A stretch of 60,537 nt of DNA, the filler included, from Sphacelaria rigidula (lineage: Eukaryota), in assembly GCA_964200075.2 (NCBI GenBank). It is 10 parts of 10 records of this genome, joined end to end, with 100 filler letters (N's around TTAATTAATTAA, not from the genome) between each part and the next. Parts side by side here need not be neighbours in the genome. Positions count along the whole stretch, not along the records: positions 12,129 to 18,092 come from CAXNAA020023160.1; positions 18,193 to 24,156 come from CAXNAA020023161.1; 8 more parts are not named here. One strand, 5' to 3'. The notes under the pieces are model-generated. The model was given only the letters and a program-made list of their open reading frames with translations, was not told the DNA's origin and made no database searches. Of this stretch, positions 12,320 to 23,968 are shown piece by piece (position 1 is the first letter of the stretch; the number at the start of each line of letters is the position of its first letter). The translations under genes and the position numbers were made by a program.

Positions 12320-14742
12320 ATAATGAAGGTCGTTGACGCGGCACGCGCCGAGTACGGGCTCAAGCCGCTGGGTGAACTGCGGGCGGCGGGCGAGCTCAAG
12401 GATATCCTTACCCAACAGAAGGAGGAGACGGTCGATGCCCTCAGCGTCGTGGCTCGGCCGGTTGAGGTGGGTGTTGCGAGTTTGACGGTTTAGGCAGTCC
12501 TGGGCAACATAACGAATATGGTGTACACGCATGTGTTTGTTTTTCGCTTCTTCACCTCCTGTTTCGTGTTTTTTTGCTGTCTTCCTTCCTTCTGCCGTAT
12601 TTTGTCTCTCGTCATGGTGGCCGTTTCTCCTCTTGGGTACGCGCCTGTAAAGCGAGGGTTGGGGCAGCGTTGGTGTTGCGTGAATCTTGATGCCACACAC
12701 AGCCCGTGTCAAGATCTTGCAAAATTTTGTACTGACGTGTGGTACGACAACGGTGTGGAACTCCGAAGTATCTTCGTGAGCGAGGCATAGATAATTTTTT
12801 CTTCTTCTTATACAGCCCATACCCTGGGCAATACATGGTCAAAGGTTGAAAGGGGCCTATTCTTGACGCACAACATTTTTTGTCTGATTCAACTCTTGAC
12901 CATATTCTGTCCAGGTTGGGGATCAGTCAGGGGTCCCAAGAGAGTCATCTGCCATTCCCCACAGTTCAGCATACGTCTGTGTCAGCCATCCAGCACAACG
13001 GCGAGATAAAGCCGCTTGAAACTGCCCGAAACACGAATTGGAGGAAGCAAAGAGAAGGAGTAAAAAACTCCTGGCGAAACTCGTCCATCAAAATCTCTTT
13101 TGTGGTGTAATGTCCCCATCTATGTTTTCCCCCCATCGTGGTCGGAGAAGGCGTATTGATTTCGACAGTAGAGTTCACCGGCGTTGGGCTACAAATGTTC
13201 ATGGTTGAAAGGACTTGATTTTAGTGTGAAGAACAAGAAGATATTTAGTGGGGCTGACAGTCCCGTGTGATCCTCGCGTGCGCAGAACACGTTTTCGTTG
13301 AAATGGGGGCCACAGACGCTGATTTCGGGTCTACCAAGGCCGCACTTTACCTAGGTGATGTATGTGCCGTCCTTGCCCGAGGGTTCTCGGTATGCGTTGG
13401 GTTGGGGTTAGGGCTAGGTGTAGCGATACTTGTAAAATTGTGTCAACCATCGACATTTGTAGCCCAACGCCGGTAAACTAACCTCGATCTCGATGAAGAT
13501 TCTCTGCCGCTGATGAGTTGTGGGCGTCTCGTGACATATGCGGTACACTTGTCATGATACAACGTAGCCTACGTGATTGGTCCATTCTTGAACTGCTCCG
13601 CTGATCCACTCTGCATGCAATGTGATGGTGCTTGCACACGATCCAATACTAGCACACATGTACAAGGGTGCAGTCGGAGCACACTTGAAAAAGGTCTGTT
13701 CTAGTGTGTTGGCTTGGAGGCTGTTGTAGAAGAGAATACGGAACAGATCTTGTTTGTACCGGCGAAAGCACTGTTGGTTGGTCGCACATGGCATGCTCTA
13801 CAGGTGAACAAACAACACGGCAGTGAAGGTAATCCGCGAAATGTCGACGTGGTTTAAGGCGTCCGGCCGACCGAAACATAGATGGCATCCTTAGACGAGG
13901 CAACTGACAATTCCGAAAGAGCAAGACGTTTCTTTTTGTCCTATGCTTTCGCAATCGCCTTTTGTGATATTTTTGCACGGTCTGCTCTGCTTGATTCCCT
14001 GAATCCCACCGTGAATCGCACCGGGGTGGGTGTAGGCCACCCCCAGAGGAGCCCAGCGAGAGAGCTGTGGCTCTGTTCCGATCGCCCCTAATTGATTCCG
14101 GTCTAACTTGATGTTGGTCGGCCGGCATACGCTCATGTGCCGCACTCCTAGTGCTTCGTGTTTATGTGTGTGTGTCCATCTGTTCCGTTTCGTTTCTGTT
14201 TACGTGGGGTTCGCTTTGTTGCGTTCCATTCCATGTTGGTGTTGCTTCCCCCCCCCCCCCCCCCCCCGCCGACACGGGTTGGGGCGCGCGCCCAGGAACA
14301 CGCCCGAGACCCCCACACCNNNNNNNNNNTTTTCTTTTTCTTTTTGTTTTTGTTGGGTGTCCTTTTTTGGGTCCCCTTCCTTTTTGGTTTTCTTCCCCCC
14401 CCCCCCCCCCCCCCGAGATCAATGGTGTTGTGACTGCGGCAGGCAAGACCATGAGTACACCCCCTCTTCCCCATGCCTCCACCGCTCCCCTCTGGCTATC
14501 CGCGTCCCCTTCGAAAACAACTGCAACAACGCGGAACAAAACAGGGTATGCAGGCCACCCTGGACGGGCTGAGGGCGATGAGGCTCCCATTCGCAATTGC
14601 CACCACCAGCCCCAAGCCGCGAGTGCCGGCGTCTGTGCATGCGTGTGGGCTGGACGACTACTTCCCGCCGGACAAAATCCACTCTGGAGAGAGCGATTTC
14701 GACCCCCCTCGCTTCAAGCCCGACCCGTCCGTTTACCACAAG
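12320..14742 (+). CDS. HAD-superfamily hydrolase (subfamily IA, CbbY/beta-PGM-like), internal exons 12320-12466 and 14545-14742
   Basis: Phase-0 exons (tacag|ATA...GAG|gtgggt; aacag|GGT...AAG|gtgcgc) give IMKVVDAARAEYGL...ARPVE-GMQATLDGLRAMRLPFAIATTSPKPRV...GLDDYFPP...FKPDPSVYHK, with HAD motif II (AIATTS) and motif III (KPDP). Confidence 0.88.
14415..14459 (+). mobile_element. Poly(C)-associated retroposon, short degenerate 3' fragment
   Basis: Ends in CATGAGTACA followed by a C run and is also preceded by a C run; matches the copies at 18193-18255 and 40298-40588. Confidence 0.6.
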
Positions 14743-17365
14743 GTGCGCAAAGACGACGATTAATCGTCATTGGATATAATTGTGAAGTACCCGTACTCAT
14801 TGAGGGTCTGCTTCGGTATAGCCGGGGAAGAGCGGTTTGCTGAGGGGGAATATTTTTTCTTTGTTTGAAACCGTAAAATCGATGCGTTAGTCAGAGAAAG
14901 ACCGGGTGAACCGACATACACACAGATCAGGTCACAGCGGACAACACTCAGCACCCCCGTGCTGCTGCAATAAGATGATTTTTAACATGAAGGAACCTTG
15001 GAAGGACGCCCCTATGGACGAGTGCTGTAGCCTGGACGTCAAGCGTGCACACACCCAGCTGCCGGTGCGCGGTACTGTGTGGGGGGGGGGTCATGTTGTA
15101 GAGGATGTCCCTCATGACATGCCACAGAAGCAGCAGGAAGATGCGTGATGTCGCACACGGGAAGTGGTGAATATTTTTTTTTTTTTGGGTTAAGAACGAC
15201 CCGAAAGTATTGCACGACAGCGTACATTTCAGGCCTTCTGTCTGTGTCGAGGTTCTATGTGCGATGCTGATAACACTGGGTCGAAAAAAGCGCATGAATC
15301 ACTGGAAATCCTATTTTTCGAATGGTTGGAGTACAAACTCAAGGTACGTTCCCCTCAGTAGCGCATCAGTCCGATCATTTGCCCTATTTGGCCTCAGTTA
15401 AGCGTGTGTCGACCCCTCTACGTGCGTTTGGGTGTGTATTCATGATTACGGTAACCTTGCATGCCATAGTCACTGGTACACCGTGCGTTTGGGTGTGTGC
15501 GGGAGGTTCACACCGGGGCCCAACAGATTCATAATTGAAACCTGAAAAAATGCGGCTGCGAACCCTCGAGGAAATCGAAGGTCCTAGTCCGCCCCTAAGG
15601 CACCCATAGATCTTATTTAGCTCTCAGGATCGTTTATGGGAAGCCGCAAGCGTGCACAGCGGTGAATTAACCATCTGTCTGGGCGACTGCTGCCTCTGCT
15701 TATTCTTGTGACATTCTCCATGACTTTGGTTGTATACCAAGCCTGTCAACGGGCTGTTGCGACACTACGCTGAGGCACTGTACTCGTCATGCTTCATCTG
15801 CAGGATCTTTGGCCATGGCTACGTTGTGCTGCTCCTGTAGATCCGGCGTGTTGGAGTCCAAAACGCAAAACTCGGGGTTTTCCACAGCAGCCCAAAGCCC
15901 AGTATAAAAGTGATTGCGCCGCACTCTGCGAACCCTCAACGTTGTTGTAGAGTAAACTCTCGAATGTACCGCCAAGCGATGACCATTTTCGGAGCATTAT
16001 CCCGTTTTTTTTTTCTCCTTTTGTTTTCGCGATCACTCCCATTAACCTCCACCATACGCCTGCTTTTTGGTTCAAGGGTATGAGTGTCACGCTGCTTGCA
16101 CTCCATGAGCATGGGTTCGAGAGACGTGCTATCGTGACGGAAATAATGATGATAACAGTTATCCATGATATACGACAACTATCTCACACCAGAGGTTTCA
16201 CCACTTGTGTTTGAGCGGCTGTAGACTAAGAAGGGATAGAGCCGCGGGCACGGACAAAGCGATTTGACTTGCGGACTGTTGACCCAGTCATCCATTGCTC
16301 AAGTGCTGCCGGCCTCTTGTACTAGTGCGTTACTCTGATCGGAAAATACAGTACATGCAAGGATGACAGTCTCTTTTCCCATGGTCGCTAATACACATCA
16401 ATATATATATATATATTTAAAATAGATGTGTTCGAAATGTGGATGAGCTGCTGTAAGCCTTGTTTGCAACATGCCCATGTATCGCCCACCTGCACATGAA
16501 GCAGTCGGGGCGGGCGTGTCTGTGCCGTGACATGCGAAAACTGATGCACTTTTTTTCTGTCCTTGAAACAAAGAAAAAAATGGCGGTAAATATACGGGAA
16601 AAAAATCCTTGTTATCGTGTGTACTTCTATGCCCCATGTTAATGTTTTTATTCTTATATATAGTCCTACAGCTGTCAGTAGATCCAGATCCTTCCGTTCC
16701 TTGAGACAGGCACCTAAGTGTCCAGGGATCATTACCCCATCTTCCCGGGAAGCATGACTAGTATCTTTCGTGTCGCGGATCGGATCATCCCGACTTTCAA
16801 GTACAAAAGCTTTACGCATGTGCGCACGTCTTCAAAGGGGATCAGGTACAGGCTGGTTCATGGTGGATGACCAAAGTTCATCCTTCGCGAGATTCAGTTG
16901 GTTGGACGCAAAACTGACCCGATGGAAATGCATTGGGTTATCATACTAGTGACCGATATGAGAAAGCGAACGGTGCCTAACTCGAAAAACTGATGAACAA
17001 AGCGGTCGATGCAAGCTTCAACAGCACAAGAAAAAAACTCGATTCGTATTAATCAAGTAATTTGGGGATTCTAGCAGATTACTACACATTTAATTCCACA
17101 TGAGGGCGCTTACTCACACGGATTTCCCGAGTCGACCGGAAAATTTTGCATTCGTATACTATAAGATACTGGGAAACGTTTCATAAATGGGTTTATTTTT
17201 ATTTTTGTGCCAGATATCCGGGGTCCCAGACGTCAACATCAGACCATATGATCGCAAGAACACCCCCGGGACCTCGGATATTTGTTCAAAGAATGAAAAA
17301 TAAAGTTTCCTGTGGCACAAAGGTTTCGCAATACCCTGTTGTATGTGTGCAATATTTCAGGGTAA

Positions 17366-17704
17366 GGCCGGATGTTATGACAAACAGAATTTTTGCTCAC
17401 GGATTGTTTACTTTTGGGGCGTTTGACCCACCTTTTGATTTCAAACAGGGAAATCGCCAACACACATCTCGGACACTTTGCATCGCCCCACAGAGAGGAG
17501 CCTAGTCTGGTCTTCAGATCCCTTGGCTCCGAGGTTTCGAGATTGGCCGCTGAACCAAAATTCGTGCGCAGAAATTGCGCTTGCCGACCCCCGCCGATTT
17601 GCCTGGCGGTTTTTCCTGTTTGGGGTCAAAAGATGGGTCGAACGCCCAAAAGTGAAAAATCTGTGGGCCAAAAATAAAACATCTGTTTGCAATAACATTC
17701 GGCC
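17366..17704. mobile_element. PIF/Harbinger-type (Tourist-like) MITE
   Basis: About 95-bp imperfect TIRs starting GGCCGGATGTTAT / GGCCGAATGTTAT; 3-bp TAA duplication on both sides (17363-17365, 17705-17707); no ORF. Confidence 0.85.
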
Positions 17705-18192
17705 TAACTCTAGAAATCGCGGGAGGAAAATTTTTGGGCGTTCGTCTGGGATCAGCCTGTACTTCTCACAAGAAACATTTGATCCTGCCTCTTTTTAATT
17801 TCTCAGATACTCGCGAACTTGTTTCAAGATGTACGGTGCGGTACATCACAGTACTGGACCAGTTGAGGCGCCGCACCCCGGTGGTCCAATGGTAGAATAG
17901 ACACCATGAGGTTGTCACAAGTGCGGCTCCAATCAGATGCGGTCAGCTTCCCTCTTTTATTTCTTTCGAAGAAGCCAATTCCATCGTTGAAATTGGAGGA
18001 CGCGAGTGGAAATGATCACGGCTAGGGCGAATCATCACGACTCGAAATCACCAAATTCACGATTTCTTCGGCCTGGTTGCCCAAAAGGGAGANNNNNNNN
18101 NNNNNNNNNNNNNNNNNNNNNNNNNNNNNNNNNNNNTTAATTAATTAANNNNNNNNNNNNNNNNNNNNNNNNNNNNNNNNNNNNNNNNNNNN

Positions 18193-18255
18193 CCGGCTTT
18201 GTAGGGATGCGAGGTAAACGGTCTTATGACTATGGCATGCATGATCATGAGTACA
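18193..18255 (+). mobile_element. Poly(C)-associated retroposon, 3' end (cut by contig start)
   Basis: CCGGCTTTGTAGGGATGCGAGGTAAACGGTCTTATGACTATGGCATGCATGATCATGAGTACA followed by a C run. Confidence 0.8.
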
Positions 18256-18773
18256 CCCCCCCCCCGATGTGTGTGGGGGCAGCATACGATCCGCGTACCC
18301 CTCCTGATACATACGTACGTGAAAAACTAAGATTGGAATAAGGTAACTGCAACAGAAAATGAAATAAAAATTTCGTGAGAAAAAAATAAAATAGAATCGA
18401 ACTAGAATAAATAAGGAAAAGATAAAATGAAAAACAAAATAAACTGAAGCAAGTAAAACACACTAGGAAGATGGAAAATAATTTTAAAATAAATGAATGA
18501 AAGAGAAGAAGGATAATACACCAAAGGTAATATTAGTAAATGCATAATAAATGAATACAACAAAAATCAAGGCTCACTTCGGCATGGCTTTTTGAGGCTG
18601 TTGACGCCTATCATGGTATCCAGCCATCACGGTAACGGACGGTAAAATTTGGATTGTAACTAATCCCCCTGGTACTCATCTGTGAAGGAACCAGCCGCTT
18701 TGAGGAGATTTTCTCTTGAAATAAGTCAACAGTATCCATTAGGGTTAGGGTTAGGTCACACGCCGGGACAAGG

Positions 18774-18932
18774 GTGACGTGTGACGTGTGACGTGTGACG
18801 TGTGACGTGTGACGTGTGACGTGTCATTTGTCACGCTTTCGCTGCCAAACCGCTGTAATAACGCCTTCTTTTCCCGGTTAAATCGGTTTTCCGGTGAACC
18901 GGTTCAACCGGTTCAACCGGTTCAACCGGTTC
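18774..18932. repeat. (GTGACGT)x7 heptamer array and (AACCGGTTC)x4 palindromic array, preceded by TTAGGG units
   Basis: Read directly: 18774-18822 and 18897-18932. Confidence 0.9.
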
Positions 18933-19457
18933 TTTTTCTAAAGGTGCCCACCTCTAATCTTCACCAGTCCCTCCAAGACAATATTCGCCTCTTGTGCCAA
19001 CTCGCTCAGAAAAAAAGTGCCAATTTAACTCTGTAACTCTTGGAACCCCTTCTCTGACAGTGGTTCCTCATCCACATCATTTTCGCCTTCCGGAGGTGAT
19101 CATGCAATACGTTGGACCCATGTTTTTTCTCATTTGGAATTTCGTATGGAAAGCTTAATATTGTACACCCAGCATGCACGCATGTGCCCTCCCTCCACAT
19201 AACAGAATCGGGCATTTTTACCGTAATCGGGTGTGCCGGTAGTTCACAATCGTGCTTGCCTCTTGCGGCTTCAACCGATTTTATGCCGGACGCGTACAGG
19301 TCCTTATATATTTGGCTCGAATTACTCGGCACTATATCGGACTACCTACCCACTGCACCAGACAGATCGAGGACACTCCCTTCAGCTTTTTGCGGCGAAA
19401 TCCGCAATCCGGCACAGAAAGGTGGCACGCAAGTCAGGAAAAACCTCCAAGGTCGCA

Positions 19458-19531
19458 TTGTTGTTGTTGTTGTTGTTGTCTTCACATTAAAAACCGCTCC
19501 GATATCTGCGCGGTACATTGGTACTGGGCAT
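19458..19531 (-). mobile_element. 3' end of a (CAA)n-tailed retroposon; second copy at about 22993-23125
   Basis: Nearly identical TTGTTGTCTTCACATTAAAAxCCGxTCCGATATCTGCGCGGTACATTGGTACTGGGCAT at both sites, each next to a (TTG)n tract. Confidence 0.75.
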
Positions 19532-20805
19532 NNNNNNNNNNAACGCGATACAAGCAAACAGAAATAAAGAAGAAAGAAAGAAGAAAGGGAGTACATACTG
19601 CCAACCTCAGAAGACGCATTGGGCAGGGCATTTTGTACATTTGGGTATTTTGAAATATCGTACTCTGAGCACCCAAAACTTGGGTAAATATTGATGATAT
19701 ACTCAACAGTAACCAGGTATTGGGTGGAGTGTTGCCATCTTATTTAACCATACCCACTATTCGGTAGAGTTTAAAGATCGGACCATCACAACACAAAAAT
19801 CCGGAGAGTAAACACCCGGGTACTTCACCCTACCGCATCACACCCTTGAAAAACTCCAACGATTACGTGATCCCGTCGTTGGCAACGCGTGCTCGCCACG
19901 TCATGCCATACCCGGGTACCTACAGGCACTCACGGTCGACGCCTGAAACCTCCGAAGGTAGCTACAGTTTGTTGACCGCAGCAAATATATATATATATAT
20001 ATCAGTCAAAGGCGTTGCTACGACATCAGGCAAGCAGCAGCCTTCTGCATGAAGGGCTGTGGTACAACTGTCATCAGAAATACTAGTCAGAACACTACCG
20101 CGTTTTGTCCAAAAGCGGACAAGTGATTGTTTCATTCATCTAATGGTCGATTGGCACAAAGACCGCACTTGGTCAATTTTTGTGAACCACTTTCTTTCGG
20201 TACAAGAACAGTAAAATTAATCTACAAAAAAAAGTGCATATTTTGGCCATTTGGCAGCGTCTGAAGAAAACGGCCATGTGGATAGTGCCACCTCGGAACG
20301 ATCCGCTCTCTACTCCCCGGGAGGATGCAGGCAAAGTTCCGCGATTCTTGATGCGCGCGGTTTGACTTCAAGTCGGGGGAAACAAAGGAGAACAATCCTT
20401 ACCGATACCATGAAGTGCATGCTAAACTTCACCACCTTTTTGTGAATTTTCATGGACTTGTGAAAATAGGCAGGACATGGACGGTTTCTCACGATTCTGT
20501 TTTCACGACCCAGCTTGTAACTGCGCGCATCATTAACCGCAGAAGGATACGAGCTGGGTCAGCTTACAAGCTGCTAAAACTTGCTCACACCACAGCTTCC
20601 CCAGTTTCCTGAATGAACCCGATGAAAGCATATCACTATGACGTGTAGACCAACCTGGTGAAACACGGCACCGCCGCTGAATGAAAAAAAAAAATGAAAA
20701 AATGTACTGCATAATGTATAACCTTAACGACGGACGAAAAAGCAAAGAGAATCCGTCGGAATTCGAACCCATGACCTCTATGATTGGAGTCTGCCATCAC
20801 TTGAT

Positions 20806-20931
20806 TTATGGGGGTGCAGCAGCGTCACGGAAAATGTTGAACGCACGGCCCAATTCAACGACTCTTGAGCTGAAATTTGGGATTTCAGAAAGACCTTCTG
20901 CACCCAAGGAACTGATACTGCACGTGTCCAG
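20806..20931 (-). pseudogene. Possible decayed RNI-like leucine-rich-repeat exon
   Basis: ctgcag|LDTCSISSLGAEGLSEIPNFSSRVVELGRAFNIFRDAAAPP* loosely fits LxxCxIxxxGAxxLxxxLxxNxxLxxLxLxxNxIxD; no donor site found. Confidence 0.3.
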
Positions 20932-22142
20932 CTGCAGATTCACTGTATTGTTTTTGCTTAAATTTCAAATGCCCATAACTTCTTTTTTTTTATTCCTTAG
21001 CTTATTTGCTGGTCACGTGATCTTCTGCATTTCGATCATAAAAAGCTGCTGTCCAAATTTCAGCGTCCAGCTCCTAATATCGCGCCGTGCATCGCCTGAG
21101 CGAGATTCACACCTACTCTTGGCTGGCCAAGCTCGTGCCGAAATCCCCTCAGACAATGGAGCATGATTTAGAGGTGTCATTAACTGCCTGGTAGTCCTTT
21201 TGAGACGAAGAAGAGAAGAAGAGACACTAGCATGCACTTCTCCAAGGGGAGGGGTGGGCGGGGGGTATTTCTCACCAAGATAAAATTGCCTTGGATGATG
21301 AATAACTGCGGCCCAGGCTATTTGGCATCGTATCGAACGTACCGTATCTTGGGATCAACCTCGAAGTGTGTGTGGGGGGGGGAGGGGGGGGGGGGGGGTG
21401 CAGCTTGCCGTTGGTTGCCAACATCCCCCGCATTCATGACTTTTGCACTCGCAAACATGTTCGGGGATCCAAGACCGCGGATTACGAGAAAGCATGCAAA
21501 ACGTCGAACGCGTCGCCTTCTCTTGCTGCCCAATACTTCCTTGACGCCACATATCCTAGTGTAACTGCTTGATCGGTTGCATGATTGATCGCTTGATTGT
21601 CGCTCGGTACGACGTTTCTTCTCTCAATATCGTTTTTGAAAACACGGTGTCTTACCCACGACCACCAGTTCGAGTCTTATCGAGAACATTTCTTGTACAG
21701 CTCGAAGCCCGGACCTGTACCCAGGGTCGAAAATGTGGCAATTCTCGAAGTGGTTGTTGGTCCAACATCTCTGTGCTGCTACAGAAAAGACGCAACAAGG
21801 CAACACGACACGTGCACATCAAGCCCCGAAAAAACGCGCACAGCCACGCACACACACGCACAGACACCCACCACTCACGCGTATTAGCTCCAGCGCTAGC
21901 CCATGCTCATTAACACACGACAGTCTCTGTTTGACGGAGATCCGGAGATCCGTTTTGTATTGAAGGAAGTACGGCCGCGTTCGTGAGTCATTTTACAGCC
22001 AAAGCCTGCCGTTTCTGACCCTTTGCGAGCGTGTATTGTGCACGCTTCTCGCACAAAACATCCTTTCTCATTTAATTCTTGACAGGGTTGCGTAACATCA
22101 CGCACGATATGCTCAGCTGATGAGCAGCAGCTACGGCTCAAA

Positions 22143-22586
22143 ACACGGGATAGTACGAATTGAGGATGGATTTTGTTTTGAGGATGGATGAGAATCCGGA
22201 TAATTAAAATCTTCGTATCCACACCGAATCATCGAAACATAGTCCCACTCCTTCCCCTACTGGTTGCTATTGACAACAACTACACACCGTACAAATTTGG
22301 ATCCTGATAACCGATATGATGGGGTCGTAGGTGAAGAAACGATTTTAAAATTTGGGATGATCCGAACAGATCGCCGAAATTCCCCAAATTTGGTTTTTCA
22401 CCTGGGACTCCAACATTTCGGTTATCGAAATCCAAATTTGCATGGCGTGTGGTGGTTGTCAAAAGCTTCCAGCAAGTGAAGAAATGGAACCATATTTTGA
22501 AGATTTGGTGTGGATACGAAGATTTTAATTATCCAGGTTTCTCCTCGTCAAAACAGAATCCATCCAAATTTTGTAAAACCATGTGT
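22143..22586. mobile_element. Palindromic MITE family A, copy 2
   Basis: Ends ACACGGGA.../...AAAACCATGTGT; the internal halves are reverse complements. Confidence 0.85.
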
Positions 22587-23183
22587 TTCAAGACGCATAT
22601 TTTTCATTTGCGAGGGACATGGCTTCGTCAGGTTCATGTCCGATTATGTTGGTTTGTGTTGGTTTGTGTTGGTTTGTGTATCAAGCCTTTGCATGTGCCC
22701 CCCGTCGAGGGCATCCTCGTGTTCCTCTTCGGCCTGAAAAGCAAATCGCTTTTTCAACTAAAAATCTTGAGGCACTTTTATGACGGGGTGGCATCGTAGC
22801 GACCAGTCACAGGCCGTTCGGGATAGACGATGAATCTGTTCAGATGCACAACTCCAGTCACGGTCAGAGAAAAAAATAAAAACGTCAACATGAGACACGC
22901 CGACATATGAAAAAATTGTAGAAGGGCACAAAAGGAGGGGATGCGTGTGAGTTGTAAATGTGGGCAAAGTCAGAGTTGTAGATGTGAGCAAAGTTGTTGT
23001 TGTTGTTGTTGTGAGCAAAGTTGTTGTTGTTGTTGTTGTTGTTGTCTTCACATTAAAAGCCGTTCCGATATCTGCGCGGTACATTGGTACTGGGCATCTT
23101 ATGCGGACGCCTTCCGTGGTCACAGGCTAGCAGAAGAAACCAAAATAAAATAAAATAGATCCAGAGTGAAAAACTCACAAAAC

Positions 23184-23438
23184 GCAAAGTCAGAGTTGTA
23201 AATGTGAGCAAAGTCAGAGTTGTAGATGTGAGCAAAGTCAGAGTTGTAGATGTGAGCAAAGTCAGAGTTGTAGATGTGAGCAAAGTCAGAGTTGTAGATG
23301 TGAGCAAAGTCAGAGCTGTAGATGTGAGCAAAGTCAGAGTTGTAGATGTGCGCAACGTCAGAGTTGTAGATATGCGCAACGTCAGAGTTGTGGATGTGCG
23401 CATCGTCACAGTTGTAGAGGTGAGCAAAGTCAGAGTTG
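23184..23438. repeat. 24-bp minisatellite (GCAAAGTCAGAGTTGTAGATGTGA) of about 10.5 units, downstream of 5S; further units at about 22947-22992
   Basis: Direct tandem repeat with no unique spacers; it produces the periodic ORFs SKVRVVDV and AHIYNSDF. Confidence 0.95.
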
Positions 23439-23488
23439 AAGGGTAGATGTGACCAAAAAGTCAAGACGACGGACGAGAGGGGAAAAGA

Positions 23489-23639
23489 AGGAACAGCACC
23501 AGGGCTTCCCACGTGGTCCCCCACCGTAGTACTAGCCTGGCCCGGCGCCGCTTAAGCGTCTGGGTCCAGAGTTATACACGGCGTTCGGCTTCACAGAGCG
23601 GACGGGATGTGGTGCTATCGACGTGGTATGGCCGTTCCT
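23489..23639 (-). rRNA. 5S: 5S rRNA gene (118 nt) interrupted by a 33-nt insertion at 23556-23588
   Basis: Minus strand reads AGGAACGGCCATACCACGTCGATAGCACCACATCCCGTCCGCTCTGTGAAG[33 nt]TTAAGCGGCGCCGGGCCAGGCTAGTACTACGGTGGGGGACCACGTGGGAAGCCCTGGTGCTGTTCCT then TCTTTT. It has the conserved eukaryotic 5S motifs (GGCCATACC, GAAGTTAAGC, TAGTACT, GGGAAG) and a paired terminal helix. Confidence 0.93.
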
Positions 23640-23813
23640 GGGCACGATGCGACACGCGTATCTTTTGTACTGCGACCCTCTACACGACAATGCTAAAACA
23701 ACAGCATAATACTGGCGCGTCAAAGAAAACGCTCTGTGGGCACGCGCCCGTGTGTGGGCTACACGTGAGCAAAGTCAAAAGGACGGACACAGAAAAGTAC
23801 GCACAGCGTCAGG

Positions 23814-23876
<63 letters not shown>
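23814..23876. repeat. (GTA)21 microsatellite in the spacer between the two 5S copies
   Basis: Read directly. Confidence 0.95.
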
Positions 23877-23901
23877 AAGAGAACAAACAGACAGAAAAAA
23901 A

Positions 23902-23968
23902 AGGAACAGCACCAGGGCTTCCAACGTGGTCCCCCACCGTAGTACTAGCCTAGCCCGGCGCCGCTTAA
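23902..23968 (-). pseudogene. 5S: 3' half of a second 5S rRNA gene followed by a poly(T) Pol III terminator; its 5' side is joined to a longer version of the same insertion (23969 to about 24105)
   Basis: Nearly identical to 23489-23555 (2 substitutions); A8 at 23895-23902 is a T run on the minus strand; no 5S 5' half before the contig ends. Confidence 0.88.

Noticed and set aside
13610..13700. SWIM zinc finger of a MULE relic (CTC...YWIVCKH on the minus strand)
   Set aside because: It requires a frameshift and no other transposase motif or TIR was found; too weak to call.
23184..23438. CRISPR array or repeat-protein CDS
   Set aside because: Units are head-to-tail with no unique spacers, the context is eukaryotic, and ORFs open on both strands simply reflect the 24-bp period.
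23556..23588. Spliceosomal or self-splicing intron, or classical piggyBac footprint, in 5S
   Set aside because: No GT-AG ends, too short for group I/II, no TIRs, and TTAA is not duplicated in copy 1.
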